DNA of 64,000 nucleotides, from positions 1-64,000 of the forward strand of contig CAWCLO010000001.1 of the NCBI GenBank assembly GCA_963796455.1, in the 5' to 3' direction. Position numbers and translations under genes: made by a program. Below are positions 36,962 through 48,146 of this stretch, in pieces (within the stretch, counting starts at the first letter, position 1; every line of letters begins with the position of its first letter). The DNA is from Candidatus Sulfomarinibacteraceae bacterium. GTDB lineage: Bacteria > Acidobacteriota > Thermoanaerobaculia > Thermoanaerobaculales > Sulfomarinibacteraceae. The notes beneath the pieces are model-generated. The model was given only the letters and a program-made list of their open reading frames with translations, made no database searches and was not told the origin of the DNA.

Positions 36962-39178
36962 ATGATCCAGACCCCCCTCCGCCAGCGCCTCGATCTCAGC
37001 ACGGGTTGGGAATTCGTGAAAGGCCGCGTCAGGCGAGGTTGGCTGGCCGGCAGGACCGGCGCCGGCGAGGTGGTGGATCTTCCCCACTCGTGGAACGCTT
37101 TTGATACCTACCAAGCGGGACGAAAAAGTTACTCCGGACGCGGCGCCTACCGGCGGGGCTTCGGTCTCCCCCGACCAGAGGGGGACGCCGGCATCCTGAG
37201 GCTCTACAGCGAGGGCTTCTACGGAGTCGGAGAAATCTGGATCGACGGCAAACGTATCGCCGATTTCGACGCCCAGTATCTCGGTTTCGACATCGACCTC
37301 CCAGAGGAGTTCAGCACCGGCGAACACGTCCTCGCCATCCGTCTCGACAATCGCTACCGCCCGAACGTCCTTCCGGGCAAACGAGACCCCGATTTCATTC
37401 TCCACGGAGGTGTGGCGGGCAGAGTATTTCTCGAACGAAGGACGGCGGTTCGTCTGAGCGTCAGCCAAATGGCAGTCACCAAGGAAACGGTGGATGAAGG
37501 CGGTGAGGAGCTGAGTCTTCACTGCGCAGTCGTCAATCAGACGGATCGTCCAGTCAATGGCATCGTTCGTTGGGTCGTCAGCGATCCCACCGGGTTTTCG
37601 GCCTGTGCCACTCAATCCGAGTCCTTCGAGGCCGCCGCCGCTTCACTCGGATCCGGGCTCGTCTCCGCCATCGTGTTGGATCGCCCGAAGTGCTGGTCGC
37701 CAGACTCGCCCCATCTCTATTGGGCCGAGTGCCGCCTGATCGTCGACGACATGGTGATCGATGCGGCCCGAATCCGTTTCGGAATAACCCGCGCCGAGTT
37801 TCGCCCCCGCGAAGGATTCTTCCTTGACGGCGCACGGGTCGATCTTCACGGCTGCAACCGCCACGAGGCCCTGCCTGGTTTTGGCAACGCCCTGCCGGAC
37901 GCGCTCCAGAGACGAGACGCCCACATCATGCACCAACTGGGCTGCAACTTCGTCCGTCTGTCCCACTATCCGCAGTCACCCACATTTATCGACGCCTGCG
38001 ATGAGCTGGGCATTTTGGTTTATGCGGAAATTGCATCCTGGAAGAGCGTCCGGTCGTCAAGAGGATGGCGCCGAGCCGCACGCCGCCAGATGCACGATCT
38101 CATCATTCGGGACCGCCACCACCCCAGCGTCATTCTGTGGGGAATGGGCAATGAATCGCGCTCGCGAAAGGCCTACCGGGAGCTGCGATCGATCGCGCGG
38201 GAACTCGATCCGGCGCGCCCGGTGATCTACGCCGAAAACCACCTCTACCGTGCCCGACGCGAGAAAACCATCGGCATCCCTGATGTGTGGGGTGTCAATT
38301 ATGAACTCGACGTATTGCAGGAGGCCCGCGATTCGAGCCGGCTCGAAAATGTCATTCTCTCCGAGTGCTGCAATCACCCCATGAGCATCAAGGGCGATGA
38401 ACGACAGGAACTGACTCAGGTCGCGACCCTGGAGCGAGAGTGGGAGGTGATGGACGAACATCCGTGGATCGCCGGCCACGCGGTCTGGGGCCTGACCGAC
38501 TACGCGACGGAACATCGTAATCGCTACCGCCGCCAGAACGGTCTGCTCGACGCCTGGCGGGGCCCGAAGATGGCGGCCGAACTCTTTCGCGCCCGCTATG
38601 CGGCGGCGCCCTTCGTGTCGATTTTCGTGACCCAGGAACGAGTTGATCTGCCGACCTCGAAATATCGAAAAGAGCATTCTCCCGAAATCTCGGGAGGCGG
38701 TCTCTTGCTGCACGTTTTTTCGAATTGCGAGAGTGTCCGGCTGACCCGCGACGGTTCGTATCTCGCGGTCCTCGAAGGGGCGCTGCACCACGTGGTCGAG
38801 ATCGATGATCGATTCCAGGAGATTATCGCCACCGGTTCTCGCGGCGAAGTAATGGACCAACAGGTGTATCGGCGGCACGATGCGGCGACCCGCATCGAGA
38901 TCACGACCACCGACCGGGCCACCGCCGGAGCGATCGTCACCCTCGATGTCTCGATCCGTGATCGATCGGGAGTGAAGGCCAGGAACTGGAATGGACACCT
39001 GCAAATCGCCAGCGAGGGCGATGCCCGGATGATTCCCTATACCGAGGCGGGGGATGTTCTGATGGCGCGGGGTGAAGGCCGCGCCTACCTCGAGGTCGGT
39101 CGATCCAGTGGCCTCATCATGATTCGGGCCGCCGGCGATGGGCTGGATCCGGGGTTTCTGACACTCAGCGATTCGTGA
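36962..39178 (+). CDS. Glycoside hydrolase family 2 (beta-galactosidase/glucuronidase-like)
   Basis: GCNRHE, NFVRLSHYPQ, CDELGILV, HHPSVILWGMGNE. Confidence 0.88.
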   Translation: MIQTPLRQRLDLSTGWEFVKGRVRRGWLAGRTGAGEVVDLPHSWNAFDTYQAGRKSYSGRGAYRRGFGLPRPEGDAGILRLYSEGFYGVGEIWIDGKRIADFDAQYLGFDIDLPEEFSTGEHVLAIRLDNRYRPNVLPGKRDPDFILHGGVAGRVFLERRTAVRLSVSQMAVTKETVDEGGEELSLHCAVVNQTDRPVNGIVRWVVSDPTGFSACATQSESFEAAAASLGSGLVSAIVLDRPKCWSPDSPHLYWAECRLIVDDMVIDAARIRFGITRAEFRPREGFFLDGARVDLHGCNRHEALPGFGNALPDALQRRDAHIMHQLGCNFVRLSHYPQSPTFIDACDELGILVYAEIASWKSVRSSRGWRRAARRQMHDLIIRDRHHPSVILWGMGNESRSRKAYRELRSIARELDPARPVIYAENHLYRARREKTIGIPDVWGVNYELDVLQEARDSSRLENVILSECCNHPMSIKGDERQELTQVATLEREWEVMDEHPWIAGHAVWGLTDYATEHRNRYRRQNGLLDAWRGPKMAAELFRARYAAAPFVSIFVTQERVDLPTSKYRKEHSPEISGGGLLLHVFSNCESVRLTRDGSYLAVLEGALHHVVEIDDRFQEIIATGSRGEVMDQQVYRRHDAATRIEITTTDRATAGAIVTLDVSIRDRSGVKARNWNGHLQIASEGDARMIPYTEAGDVLMARGEGRAYLEVGRSSGLIMIRAAGDGLDPGFLTLSDS

Positions 39179-39977
39179 TGTCGCCGAAGATCCTCTGCGA
39201 CAACTCGATCGTTTCTTCGTCGAACGCGGCAACGTACTCCGAGTCATCGATGAAGTGACGCCACCGTTCGAGGACAGCCATGTCCCGCGCCCGGTCCTGG
39301 AATTCCTGCCCCGAGAAGGAGCTGCCGCCTCCATCTGTCGAGACCTCGTCGAGCCCCCGATGCTCGTCGTCGAGCCCGAGTTCCCCGGCCTTGGCGCGGC
39401 GATAGTCGAGGTCTGAAAACCACTGATTGAAGCTGACCCTGATCGTATCCTCAGGCAAGAAGGAGGTCTCGCCGAGATACTCACGGGCGTAGACCTTCCA
39501 CTCGGTCTTGAAAAACCGATGGAGGCGGTTGCGCATCCTTCGTTTGCCGTGCCACACACTGGCAAAGGTGTTGTAGGCGTCGCGGAGCACCAGCACCGTC
39601 TGCACTTTATTGCTGGCGCCGATGTACCGCCTGGCGCCGTCGCCCAGGATGGCCTCACCCGGAACCCGCTTCAGGGGGAAGTTCTCGACGTTGGTGAGAA
39701 GGACCTCCTTGTGCATCTTCGCGACGTCGCGCCAGGAGGCTCCGGGCGGTAGCTCGACGTTGTAGAGCCGGCGGCCGGGACCGCCATATCGATCAGGATC
39801 GGTGATTCTTCGAAAAATTCTCTCGCCCCGAATCCGCACCTTGATGGGTTTGGAAAATGCGTTGTTGAGATGGAACACCTGCCGATCGAGGTTGCGCGCG
39901 ATCCAGTTGACCACGGCGTGGCCCCCGCCCCGTTTGAGGTGGTACACCCAGATCGTGAGGTCGTTGCGGTAGTTCAT
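39165..39977 (-). CDS. Hypothetical protein with sulfotransferase-like fold
   Basis: LKRGGGHAVVNW (5'-PSB-like) and VLRDAYNTFAS (3'-PB-like) motifs. Confidence 0.55.
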   Translation of the reverse strand: MNYRNDLTIWVYHLKRGGGHAVVNWIARNLDRQVFHLNNAFSKPIKVRIRGERIFRRITDPDRYGGPGRRLYNVELPPGASWRDVAKMHKEVLLTNVENFPLKRVPGEAILGDGARRYIGASNKVQTVLVLRDAYNTFASVWHGKRRMRNRLHRFFKTEWKVYAREYLGETSFLPEDTIRVSFNQWFSDLDYRRAKAGELGLDDEHRGLDEVSTDGGGSSFSGQEFQDRARDMAVLERWRHFIDDSEYVAAFDEETIELSQRIFGDITNR

Positions 39978-40093
39978 CTGAGGATGAGTATATCCGGGGT
40001 GCCACGTACACACTTCCACAGTTGTCAGACTGCCGCAGATCCATGGCTTCACAGATAGGGGCAACTTGGACGTGGCACCCTGAAACGCGCCTT

Positions 40094-40118
40094 GGTGGTG
40101 CAGGCGTCTCGCCTGCAC
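40094..40118. repeat. REP-like palindrome (GTGG/GGTG leader plus hairpin)
   Basis: GGTGGTGCAGGCGTCTCGCCTGCAC; relatives at 2489-2540, 10586-10636, 36521-36571, 59458-59509. Confidence 0.75.
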
Positions 40119-40124
40119 AATCGG

Positions 40125-41201
40125 TCAGCGGCGAACCCGGGCGTTGCCGGCCCAGATGCTCCAGATCTGCTCCTCGTCCGCCGGTTGGGCGTAGTCCGTC
40201 AGCAGGGTCGTCACCAGGGCGCCACTCGCCCATCCGAATTGGATCCATTTCTCGGGTTCCCAGCCCTTGAGCATGGCGTAGAGCAAGCCGCCGACGAACC
40301 CGTCGCCACCACCAATGCGATCGAGGACAACGATCTCCCGCGGCTCGACTACGTGCCACTCGTCCCCCACCGCTGCGATGGCGCCCCACATATGGGCATT
40401 GGTGCTGATGACCTCGCGTAGAGTAGTGGCAAAAACCGTTGTCTCGGGGTAGGCCGCCTTCGCCCGGTCGATCATGCCTTTGAAGCTCTCGATCTTCGCG
40501 GCGAGGTCTTTGCCACCGGCTTCCGGACCCTCGATGCCGAGGCAGAGCTGGAAGTCTTCCTCGTTTCCGACCAGTACATCGGACAAGGAGGCGATCTCGT
40601 GGAAAACCTCGTGCAGCTCGTCTTCACGATTGGCCCAGAAGGTGGCGCGGTGGTTGAGATCGAAAGAAATACGGCTGCCGTGCTCTTTGGCGGATCGAGC
40701 CACATCCAGGCAGAAGGCGCTGGTCTCCGGCGACAGGGCACCGACGAGCCCCGACAGGTGCACGGCACGAACACCCTCGCTCCCGAAGATCCGATCGAAA
40801 TCGAAGTCCTTAGCGTTGAGGGTGAGTCCGACCTCTCCCGCGCGGTCGTTGTGGACGCGAGGCCCGCGTGAGCCGTAGCCGGTGTCTGCCATGTTGATCT
40901 GGTGGCGGTATCCCCAGGGCCCTCCCGGGTCGACCTCTCGACCCTCGTAGTCCATGTGGCGAGCCGCCAGGTCATCCTTGATCATGCGCGAGATCGGGCT
41001 GCCTTTGACAAAGGCCGTCAGGACCTTCACGGGCAGGCCGAGATAGGAAGAGACACTCGCCACGTTTGATTCGGCGCTGGTGACCTCCATGACAAAATTC
41101 TTGCTGCAATGGACTCCCTGGCCGTTGGACGGCGTCAGCCGAACACCCATACTTGTGGGCACCAGAAGTGCGTATCTGCTGTCTTCGCGAAAGGTGATCA
41201 T
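40125..41201 (-). CDS. PfkB-family sugar-acid kinase (KdgK-like)
   Basis: SAESNVA, ISFDLNHR, VGNEED, DRIGGGDGF. Confidence 0.82.
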   Translation of the reverse strand: MITFREDSRYALLVPTSMGVRLTPSNGQGVHCSKNFVMEVTSAESNVASVSSYLGLPVKVLTAFVKGSPISRMIKDDLAARHMDYEGREVDPGGPWGYRHQINMADTGYGSRGPRVHNDRAGEVGLTLNAKDFDFDRIFGSEGVRAVHLSGLVGALSPETSAFCLDVARSAKEHGSRISFDLNHRATFWANREDELHEVFHEIASLSDVLVGNEEDFQLCLGIEGPEAGGKDLAAKIESFKGMIDRAKAAYPETTVFATTLREVISTNAHMWGAIAAVGDEWHVVEPREIVVLDRIGGGDGFVGGLLYAMLKGWEPEKWIQFGWASGALVTTLLTDYAQPADEEQIWSIWAGNARVRR

Positions 41202-41219
41202 TTTCGGTGTTTCCTCTCT

Positions 41220-42674
41220 CTACGCCTGGTAGGTGTTCGCGGTGACATCGCCACCGTGACCGGTCCAATCGGTGTGGAAGAACTCGCCCCGCGGCCGGTC
41301 CACCCGCTCATAGGTGTGGGCACCGAAATAGTCGCGCTGAGCCTGCAGGAGATTTGCCGGCAGCCGTCCATGACGGTAGCCGTCGAAGAAGGCCAGACCG
41401 CTGGACATCGCCGGCACCGGGATCCCCATCTGCACCGCCCTGGACACAACCCTTCGCCACGCAGCCTGGGCATTCTCGACCGCCTCTTTGAAATAGGGAT
41501 CGAGGAGCAGATTGCTGAGCTCCGGGTCGTTGTCGAAGGCCTCTTTGATCTTGCCGAGAAAGGCCGAGCGAATGATGCACCCACCGCGCCACATCAACGC
41601 GATGCCACCGTTGTTGAGGTTCCAACCGTATTCTTTGGCGGCCGCCCGCATCAGCATGTAGCCCTGCGCATAAGAAATGATCTTGGCCGCGTACAGCGCT
41701 TGGCGCAGGTCATCGACAAAAGCCTCGCGGTTGCCCTCGAATGAGGCATCAGGACCGGAGAGCACCTGCTCAGCCGCCACCCGCTCTTCTTTCAATGCCG
41801 AAAGAAAACGCGCCAGCACAGCCTCGGCAATCAGGGTCAAAGGAATGCCCATTTCGAGGGCGGACATGGCAGTCCACTTCCCGGTGCCCTTTTGTCCCGC
41901 GGTATCGAGGATCTTTTCGAGCACCGGCTCGCCGTCGTCGTCCTTGAAACCGAGGATGTCCCGCGTGATCTCGATCAGATAGGAGTCCAGCTCGCCCTCG
42001 TTCCACACGGCAAAGGTCTTGTGCATCTGGTCGTGGTCGAGCCCGAGGCCCTCCTTCATCAATTGATAGGCTTCGCAGATCAACTGCATGTCACCGTATT
42101 CGATGCCGTTATGAACCATCTTGACGAAGTGACCGGCGCCGTTCTCACCCACCCAGTCACAACAGGGGGTGCCATCCTCGACCTTGGCCGAGACGGCCTG
42201 GAAGATCGGTTGAACGTGTTGCCACGCAGCCGGAGAACCACCGGGCATGATTGAGGGCCCGAGCCGCGCGCCCTCTTCGCCACCGGACACACCGGTGCCG
42301 ATATAGAGCAGCCCCTTTGATTCGACGTGGGCCGCGCGCCGCATGGTGTCGTTGTAGTTGGAGTTCCCTCCGTCGATAATGATGTCGCCCTCTTCGAGCA
42401 AGGGGATCAGGGTTTCAATGAAGTCATCGACCGGTTTGCCCGCCTTGACCAACAACATCACGCGCCGTGGTTTTGCGAGGGCGTCGACCAGTTCCTCCAC
42501 CGAATGGGCGCCGACGATCTCGGTTCCTTTTGCGTTTCCGTTCAGGAATTCGTCCACCGTCGCCACGGTCCGGTTGTAGACCGCGACCTTGAAACCATGG
42601 TCGTTCATATTCAACACGAGGTTCTGTCCCATCACCGCGAGCCCGATGAGACCGATGTCTGCCTTGTCCGTCAT
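41220..42674 (-). CDS. gnd: 6-phosphogluconate dehydrogenase, decarboxylating
   Basis: [42 protein letters not shown]. Confidence 0.97.
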   Translation of the reverse strand: MTDKADIGLIGLAVMGQNLVLNMNDHGFKVAVYNRTVATVDEFLNGNAKGTEIVGAHSVEELVDALAKPRRVMLLVKAGKPVDDFIETLIPLLEEGDIIIDGGNSNYNDTMRRAAHVESKGLLYIGTGVSGGEEGARLGPSIMPGGSPAAWQHVQPIFQAVSAKVEDGTPCCDWVGENGAGHFVKMVHNGIEYGDMQLICEAYQLMKEGLGLDHDQMHKTFAVWNEGELDSYLIEITRDILGFKDDDGEPVLEKILDTAGQKGTGKWTAMSALEMGIPLTLIAEAVLARFLSALKEERVAAEQVLSGPDASFEGNREAFVDDLRQALYAAKIISYAQGYMLMRAAAKEYGWNLNNGGIALMWRGGCIIRSAFLGKIKEAFDNDPELSNLLLDPYFKEAVENAQAAWRRVVSRAVQMGIPVPAMSSGLAFFDGYRHGRLPANLLQAQRDYFGAHTYERVDRPRGEFFHTDWTGHGGDVTANTYQA

Positions 42675-43975
42675 CTCTCCTCCTCCAAATGATTGCTTGA
42701 ATTCTTGATGCGGTAGAGCCGCTCTCCGGCTCGGGGGATGAGCACGATGCCTTCGTCCTCACGCCCCTCCCAGTCCTTGAAATTGACGGTCGCCGGATCG
42801 AGGTATCCAAGACCGATCGCTTCACAACGTTCGCGCGGGATACCGGTTGCCAGCGTCACACGAATACGCGCCTTCTCGACGCCGTCGATGAAGGTGCCGC
42901 CCCCCCGGAGGTGGGTCGAGTGCGCCAGTACGCCCCACGGAATGTGTTTGAAACGATCCCACTGGGCGGTGAAGTAATCGCGCACGTGATAGCCGACCTC
43001 GTCGAGGTAGCGCCCGTGCACATAAGAAATCTCCGTGATGTGGGGCGCATAGATCACCACCTCGCCGCCATCGGCGATCGCCGGTTCGAGCTTGTACATG
43101 CCTTTGGCGCCGGTCCAGATGTCGTCGTACATCTCCGGCATCACCGACAGGACCCTCTGAAAGGGCCGTTCCACCCACTCGATATCGAGCTCGGCCGAGA
43201 GTTCGGTCGCCTCCCGCCACGCCTCGTCCATATCGCCCATGAAAACGCCGTGCAGATCCTGGCCGTGCATGACCAGGGCGATGAGGCTTCTCTCCGTCGG
43301 GATGAACGATGCCGCGCGGTCGATCAGACGGCGCACCGGTGTGTCCCGGACGCCGATGATCTCCTGACTCGTGATCAGCGCTCCCACCCAGTGGGTGGCA
43401 TCGATCACTTCCTGACCGGCCACTCCCGGAACGAAGTACTTGTTGCCGCCCGAGAAACCCGCGACCTCGTGCGGGAACACGGGTCCGCAAACCAGAATAT
43501 GGTCATAGGGCCCGTTCCCCTCCGAATCACCGACGAGCTGATTGAGGCGCACATCGATAGCCATTTCGAGCATGCCGTCGCTCACTTCCGCCACCTCGCT
43601 CGCGGGGATGGTGCCGAGGGTCTCGAAGGTTTCAGGGGCTTCCCACCGGTGGTTGAAAATTCTCGATGGGCCCGCCCTGCCGTCGACCACCGTGGTCTCG
43701 AGCAATCGGCTCTTGGCCGCGTCGTCCATCGGCGGATGGGTACCGAGCGCTATCAGATAGTCGAGGGCCTCGACCCGCGACCCGATCAGATCGCCGAGCA
43801 GACCGAAGAAGCAACCGATCGGCGCCGACCGGGTGCCGTCCGGGATGATGACCAGGACCCGCCGCCCCTCGAGATCGAGGCTGCCCAGGCCTTCCGCCAG
43901 GACGTCCCGGATCTCGGTGTCGCTGAGGCCTCGTTGCGTATTGTTGGTGCTGAATACCACGGCAACGCTCCTCAA
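42671..43975 (-). CDS. LarA-family nickel-pincer epimerase (GntE-like mannonate/gluconate 2-epimerase candidate)
   Basis: [31 protein letters not shown]; position between SDR/uxaE and gnd. Confidence 0.8.
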   Translation of the reverse strand: MRSVAVVFSTNNTQRGLSDTEIRDVLAEGLGSLDLEGRRVLVIIPDGTRSAPIGCFFGLLGDLIGSRVEALDYLIALGTHPPMDDAAKSRLLETTVVDGRAGPSRIFNHRWEAPETFETLGTIPASEVAEVSDGMLEMAIDVRLNQLVGDSEGNGPYDHILVCGPVFPHEVAGFSGGNKYFVPGVAGQEVIDATHWVGALITSQEIIGVRDTPVRRLIDRAASFIPTERSLIALVMHGQDLHGVFMGDMDEAWREATELSAELDIEWVERPFQRVLSVMPEMYDDIWTGAKGMYKLEPAIADGGEVVIYAPHITEISYVHGRYLDEVGYHVRDYFTAQWDRFKHIPWGVLAHSTHLRGGGTFIDGVEKARIRVTLATGIPRERCEAIGLGYLDPATVNFKDWEGREDEGIVLIPRAGERLYRIKNSSNHLEEER

Positions 43976-44754
43976 ATCGTCATCGCGGTAAAACCGCCGT
44001 CGACCCGGATCAGCGCACCGGTCACAAAGCCCGATGCCCTATCCGAAGCCAACCACACGGTAGCGCCCGCAAGCTCGTCGGCCTCGCCGAAGCGGTTCAT
44101 GGGCGTGTGCGCCATGATGGTTGCGGTGCGCTCCTCGGTCAGTAACTTCCGGTTCTGCTCGGCCGGGAAAAAGCCCGGCGCGATAGCATTGACCCGGACA
44201 TTTTGGGGAGCCCACTCGCGGGCCAGGAACTGGGTGAGGTTGTTGACACCCGCCTTGGTGACCGAGTAGGTAAAGACCTTGGAGAGCGGCGGACCGGAAG
44301 AAGCCGACGAGATGTTGATGATCGACCCGCCCTCGCCTCGCTCCACCATTTCTTGGCCGAAGACCTGGCACGACAAAAACATGCTCTTGAGATTGACCGA
44401 GATGATCCGGTCCCACTCTTCTTCGGTGATCTCGAAGAATGGAGTTCCGGAATTGATGCCGGGGGCATTGAGCACCACATCGACTCTCCCCCACACCGCC
44501 AGAACCTGGCCGAGCGCCTTCCGCAGATCCTCCTCGCTGGTGGCGTCGATCGCCATACCAAGGGCATCGACCCCGGAGACGGAGCGGATGCTCTCCGCCC
44601 TCGCGTCCGCGGCCTCGCCGTTGAGATCGAGGACAGCAACACGGGCGCCCGCCGCACCAAGCGCCTCCGCCATCGCACCAGCCAGCACACCACCGGCGCC
44701 GATCGCAACCGCGACCTTGCCGTCAAGTGAAAACATCGATTCGAGATAGCTCAT
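43972..44754 (-). CDS. SDR oxidoreductase (fructuronate reductase/mannonate oxidoreductase-like)
   Basis: GAGGVLA, IINISS, YSVTK, VNAIAPGFFPAEQNR. Confidence 0.8.
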   Translation of the reverse strand: MSYLESMFSLDGKVAVAIGAGGVLAGAMAEALGAAGARVAVLDLNGEAADARAESIRSVSGVDALGMAIDATSEEDLRKALGQVLAVWGRVDVVLNAPGINSGTPFFEITEEEWDRIISVNLKSMFLSCQVFGQEMVERGEGGSIINISSASSGPPLSKVFTYSVTKAGVNNLTQFLAREWAPQNVRVNAIAPGFFPAEQNRKLLTEERTATIMAHTPMNRFGEADELAGATVWLASDRASGFVTGALIRVDGGFTAMTI

Positions 44755-46325
44755 CCTTCTTCTCCAGTGGTCTCCGTAAAGGGCGCCGTGTGGCGCTGAA
44801 AGTGCGTCACGAGATTTTTGACATGTTGTGACTCGTGTTTTTCGAGGGCATCCAACAGGCGACGCTTGAACAGGTATTGCCCCTCGGCATCCTTCTCCGT
44901 CAGCACCCGGCCGAAGGTCACGTGGAGGATCTGGCGAGCGTCCTCGTCCTCGAAGAGAGCGGCAAGCTCGTCGTCACTGAGATCCGCCGCCGCCGGCACA
45001 CGGGAGAGCACCGCCGACACGTGATACGTGCGCCTCTCGTGTTCATAAAGCGAGCGCGAAAAATCGAGAATTTCCCGGAAGAAATCCGGCTCGCACGCGG
45101 CGATGGTTCGGAGAGCCTCGAGATAGCTGGTGCCCGCAGTCTTGACATGCACCCCGCCCCGGCCGATTTCGCCGATCACCCGGTAGACACCGAATTTGTC
45201 ACTCCCCGAGTGGATGCTGATCTTGTATGGCCCGAGCGCTTCCGCCACCGCCAGGTGTTTGATGTATTCGGCGCGGAACACCTCGAGGTCGCCCCGATAG
45301 TCGATTCCCTTTTCGAAATCACCGACAAAACGCGGTGCAAGACCCACCCAACGGACCCCGAGGCGCCGCAGTTCCGAGGCCACCAGCCAGTGTTCGAAGG
45401 GGGTCGTCACCGACGCGGTCTCATCCACCGATATTTCAACCTCAAAGGGGCGATCCCCCATCGTGGCCTCGATGTGGCGGTAGATCTTTGCGCTGTGGGC
45501 CAGTGACGCACCGTATTTGACCCAGGCCCGGAGCACCTCTTCCGACGAAGGGCCGATGGTCAGGCTCTGACCGGCCTCGATCACACCACCTGAATAGCGA
45601 CGAAGCGCATTGCCCAGCGAATCCTCGAGATCGGACCAAGGCAAACCGGTGGCAGCCTCCTGGAGCTCCGTTTCCGACATGGTGTCGGCCTCGTCGACCA
45701 CGTGATCGCCGGGATCGATGGTGAACATCGTGAAACCGGCCTCCGCCATCAGCTCCACATCGGCGGGAGTCTTGAGATGGTCTGCATCCGCTCCCCACGG
45801 ATCCTTCCACGCTTCTTCGAGTACGGCCCAGGTGGCAGCATCCATGACTTCGTCGGGCGTCCGTTCGGTTCGCTCCAACTCGCGGATCGACTGTTGCGCG
45901 AGAACGACCTTGAAGCCGCTCCCGCGGAGCGCGCGGAGATGTGCCGGTCCGGCAATACCGAGTCGGTCGCCGAGACCGAAACTGTCATCGAGACCGAGGG
46001 GCTGCGGGCGGGTCGACTCGCAGACTTTGCGCACCGCCACAGCATTGTGGTGATCCAGCTCGCCGAAGCACGCCTCGAGGCCCGCCTCGACCACCCACCG
46101 CTCGCCTTGAAACGGCGCCGCGAGCCCCGATTCCACCAGCTCGACAACCAGTAGTCGGCGTTTAGCGCCATCGTGCGCGACCATGACCGCGCCGCCGCCG
46201 GTCCAGCAGATCGAGCGTTGTGAAACTTCCACCTCCAGGCCCGACGGCAGGGTGAGCGTCTCGCGGGTCACACCATCTCCGGGTGCCAGGGTCGGTAACT
46301 GTTCGAGTTGTTGGCGAAGATTCAT
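44751..46325 (-). CDS. uxaE: Tagaturonate/fructuronate epimerase
   Basis: FGLGDRLG, AQQSIRELERT, WGADADHLK, FEKGIDY, SIHSGSDKF, HVKTAGTSYLEALR. Confidence 0.93.
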   Translation of the reverse strand: MNLRQQLEQLPTLAPGDGVTRETLTLPSGLEVEVSQRSICWTGGGAVMVAHDGAKRRLLVVELVESGLAAPFQGERWVVEAGLEACFGELDHHNAVAVRKVCESTRPQPLGLDDSFGLGDRLGIAGPAHLRALRGSGFKVVLAQQSIRELERTERTPDEVMDAATWAVLEEAWKDPWGADADHLKTPADVELMAEAGFTMFTIDPGDHVVDEADTMSETELQEAATGLPWSDLEDSLGNALRRYSGGVIEAGQSLTIGPSSEEVLRAWVKYGASLAHSAKIYRHIEATMGDRPFEVEISVDETASVTTPFEHWLVASELRRLGVRWVGLAPRFVGDFEKGIDYRGDLEVFRAEYIKHLAVAEALGPYKISIHSGSDKFGVYRVIGEIGRGGVHVKTAGTSYLEALRTIAACEPDFFREILDFSRSLYEHERRTYHVSAVLSRVPAAADLSDDELAALFEDEDARQILHVTFGRVLTEKDAEGQYLFKRRLLDALEKHESQHVKNLVTHFQRHTAPFTETTGEEG

Positions 46326-46335
46326 ATCGTCTCCT

Positions 46336-47631
46336 TCAGTATCCAAATAAGGATGGCAGCCAAAGGCTGAGCCACGGAACAAAAGTCACCACGATCAGTG
46401 CAACCACCATCGCCGCATACATCGGCAGGAGCGGCCGGATCACCCGCGCAATACTGGTCCCCGCCACCCCGCACCCGACGAAGAGCACACTGCCTACCGG
46501 TGGTGTGCAGAGACCGATGCAGAGATTGAGCACCATCACAATTCCGAAATGGGTCGGGTCCATCCCCAGACCGGTCACGACCGGGAGAAAGATCGGGGTG
46601 AAGATCAACACTGCCGGGGTCATATCCATAAAGGTCCCGACCACCAGCAAGATCAGGTTGATGATGAGTAGGATCACCACCGGGTTGTCGGTCAGAGCGA
46701 GCATGGCCGCGCTGACGGTCTGGGGGATGTTCTCGTACGAAAGCAGCCACGACATTGCTGTCGAGGTGCCGATGAGGAGCATGACGATGGCCGTGGTCGC
46801 CACCGTAGCGAGCAGGATCTGCGGGAGGTCGCGGACCCGCATCTCGCGGTAGAGGAACGCCAGGATCCCTGAGTAGAGAACCGCAACTGCGGCTGCCTCG
46901 GTGGCGGTGAAGATCCCGGCAACGATGCCGCCGATGACCACGAACAACAACAGCAGACTGGGAAGCGCCGAGAAGAACTTTTTGACCACCTCGCCGACTC
47001 GAAAGCTTCCGGCCACCGGATAGTGATTGCGGACCGCGACGATGCCCGCCACCATCATCAATAACAGGCCCACGAGTATTCCAGGAAGGTATCCGGCCAG
47101 AAAGAGGGCACCGATTGAGACTCCGCCCGAAGCCAGCGAAAAAACGATCAAAATGTTAGACGGCGGGATGATGAGACCGGTGGTCGCCGAGGAGATGTTG
47201 ATCGCCGCCGAAAAGTCCTTGTCGTAACCCTCTTCAACCATCCTTGGACCAACCACGCCGCCGATGGCTGAGGCCGCCGCCACAGCCGAACCGGAGATGG
47301 CGCCAAAGAGCATCGAAGCCAGGATGTGAACATGGGCGAGCCCACCCGGCAGCATCCCGATCACCGCCTTGGCAAAATCGATGAGCCGGCGAGCGATGCC
47401 GCCCCGATTCATGAGCTGGCCGGCCAAAATAAAAAATGGGATCGCCAGCAGAGCAAAACTGTCGAGACCCGTGGCTATCCGTTGCGCAACGGTAATCAGG
47501 GCAGGATCGGCTGCCATCCCGAGGAGCATCGTGACGAGCGTGCCGATCCCGATGGCAAAGGCGATCGGTACGCCGAGCAGAAGCAGCACGCCGAAAGTCA
47601 TGATCAGAATGGCGATATGGAACCAGTCCAT
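46336..47631 (-). CDS. dctM: TRAP transporter large permease
   Basis: LLAIPFFILAG, FGAISGSAVA, IIPPS, GLCTPPVG. Confidence 0.93.
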   Translation of the reverse strand: MDWFHIAILIMTFGVLLLLGVPIAFAIGIGTLVTMLLGMAADPALITVAQRIATGLDSFALLAIPFFILAGQLMNRGGIARRLIDFAKAVIGMLPGGLAHVHILASMLFGAISGSAVAAASAIGGVVGPRMVEEGYDKDFSAAINISSATTGLIIPPSNILIVFSLASGGVSIGALFLAGYLPGILVGLLLMMVAGIVAVRNHYPVAGSFRVGEVVKKFFSALPSLLLLFVVIGGIVAGIFTATEAAAVAVLYSGILAFLYREMRVRDLPQILLATVATTAIVMLLIGTSTAMSWLLSYENIPQTVSAAMLALTDNPVVILLIINLILLVVGTFMDMTPAVLIFTPIFLPVVTGLGMDPTHFGIVMVLNLCIGLCTPPVGSVLFVGCGVAGTSIARVIRPLLPMYAAMVVALIVVTFVPWLSLWLPSLFGY

Positions 47632-48146
47632 CAGACAGTCCCACCGTCGTCGGCCGAATCACTCCCAGCACGTAGGGAGTTCCATGCCTCGGCTCCGTGC
47701 AACGCGGTATAAAACATCATCAACAAACCGGAAAGCGGTAGGGCCAGATACACAATGCCCAACGGCACCTGCAGCGCCGCTGAAGTCTGGCCGAGACCGA
47801 GGGTCAGCCACACCAGACCCACACCACCAGCGACCAGGACCGCCGCCGCAAAAACAAAGATGCAGGCCGCGATGAAAAGATCGAGGATGGCCCGGTTTCT
47901 GCCTTTCAGGAGCGCCGGCACGAGGTCGATGGCAAGGTGGATCCTTTTGCCCACCGCATAGGCTCCACCCAACAATCCGAGCCACACCAGGCTGTAGCGC
48001 GCGATCTCCTCGGTGAAAGAACTCGGATCGAGGAGCACGAATCGGGTGGTCACCTGCCACAGTACGTTGACCACCATCGTCGCCATGAGAGCGATGAGAA
48101 CCCACTCCAGACCGCGATCAACAATCCGACGCAGGCCGCGGCTCAT
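47631..48146 (-). CDS. dctQ: TRAP transporter small permease
   Basis: WQVTTRF..FTEEIARY, HLAID; four TM helices. Confidence 0.9.
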   Translation of the reverse strand: MSRGLRRIVDRGLEWVLIALMATMVVNVLWQVTTRFVLLDPSSFTEEIARYSLVWLGLLGGAYAVGKRIHLAIDLVPALLKGRNRAILDLFIAACIFVFAAAVLVAGGVGLVWLTLGLGQTSAALQVPLGIVYLALPLSGLLMMFYTALHGAEAWNSLRAGSDSADDGGTV

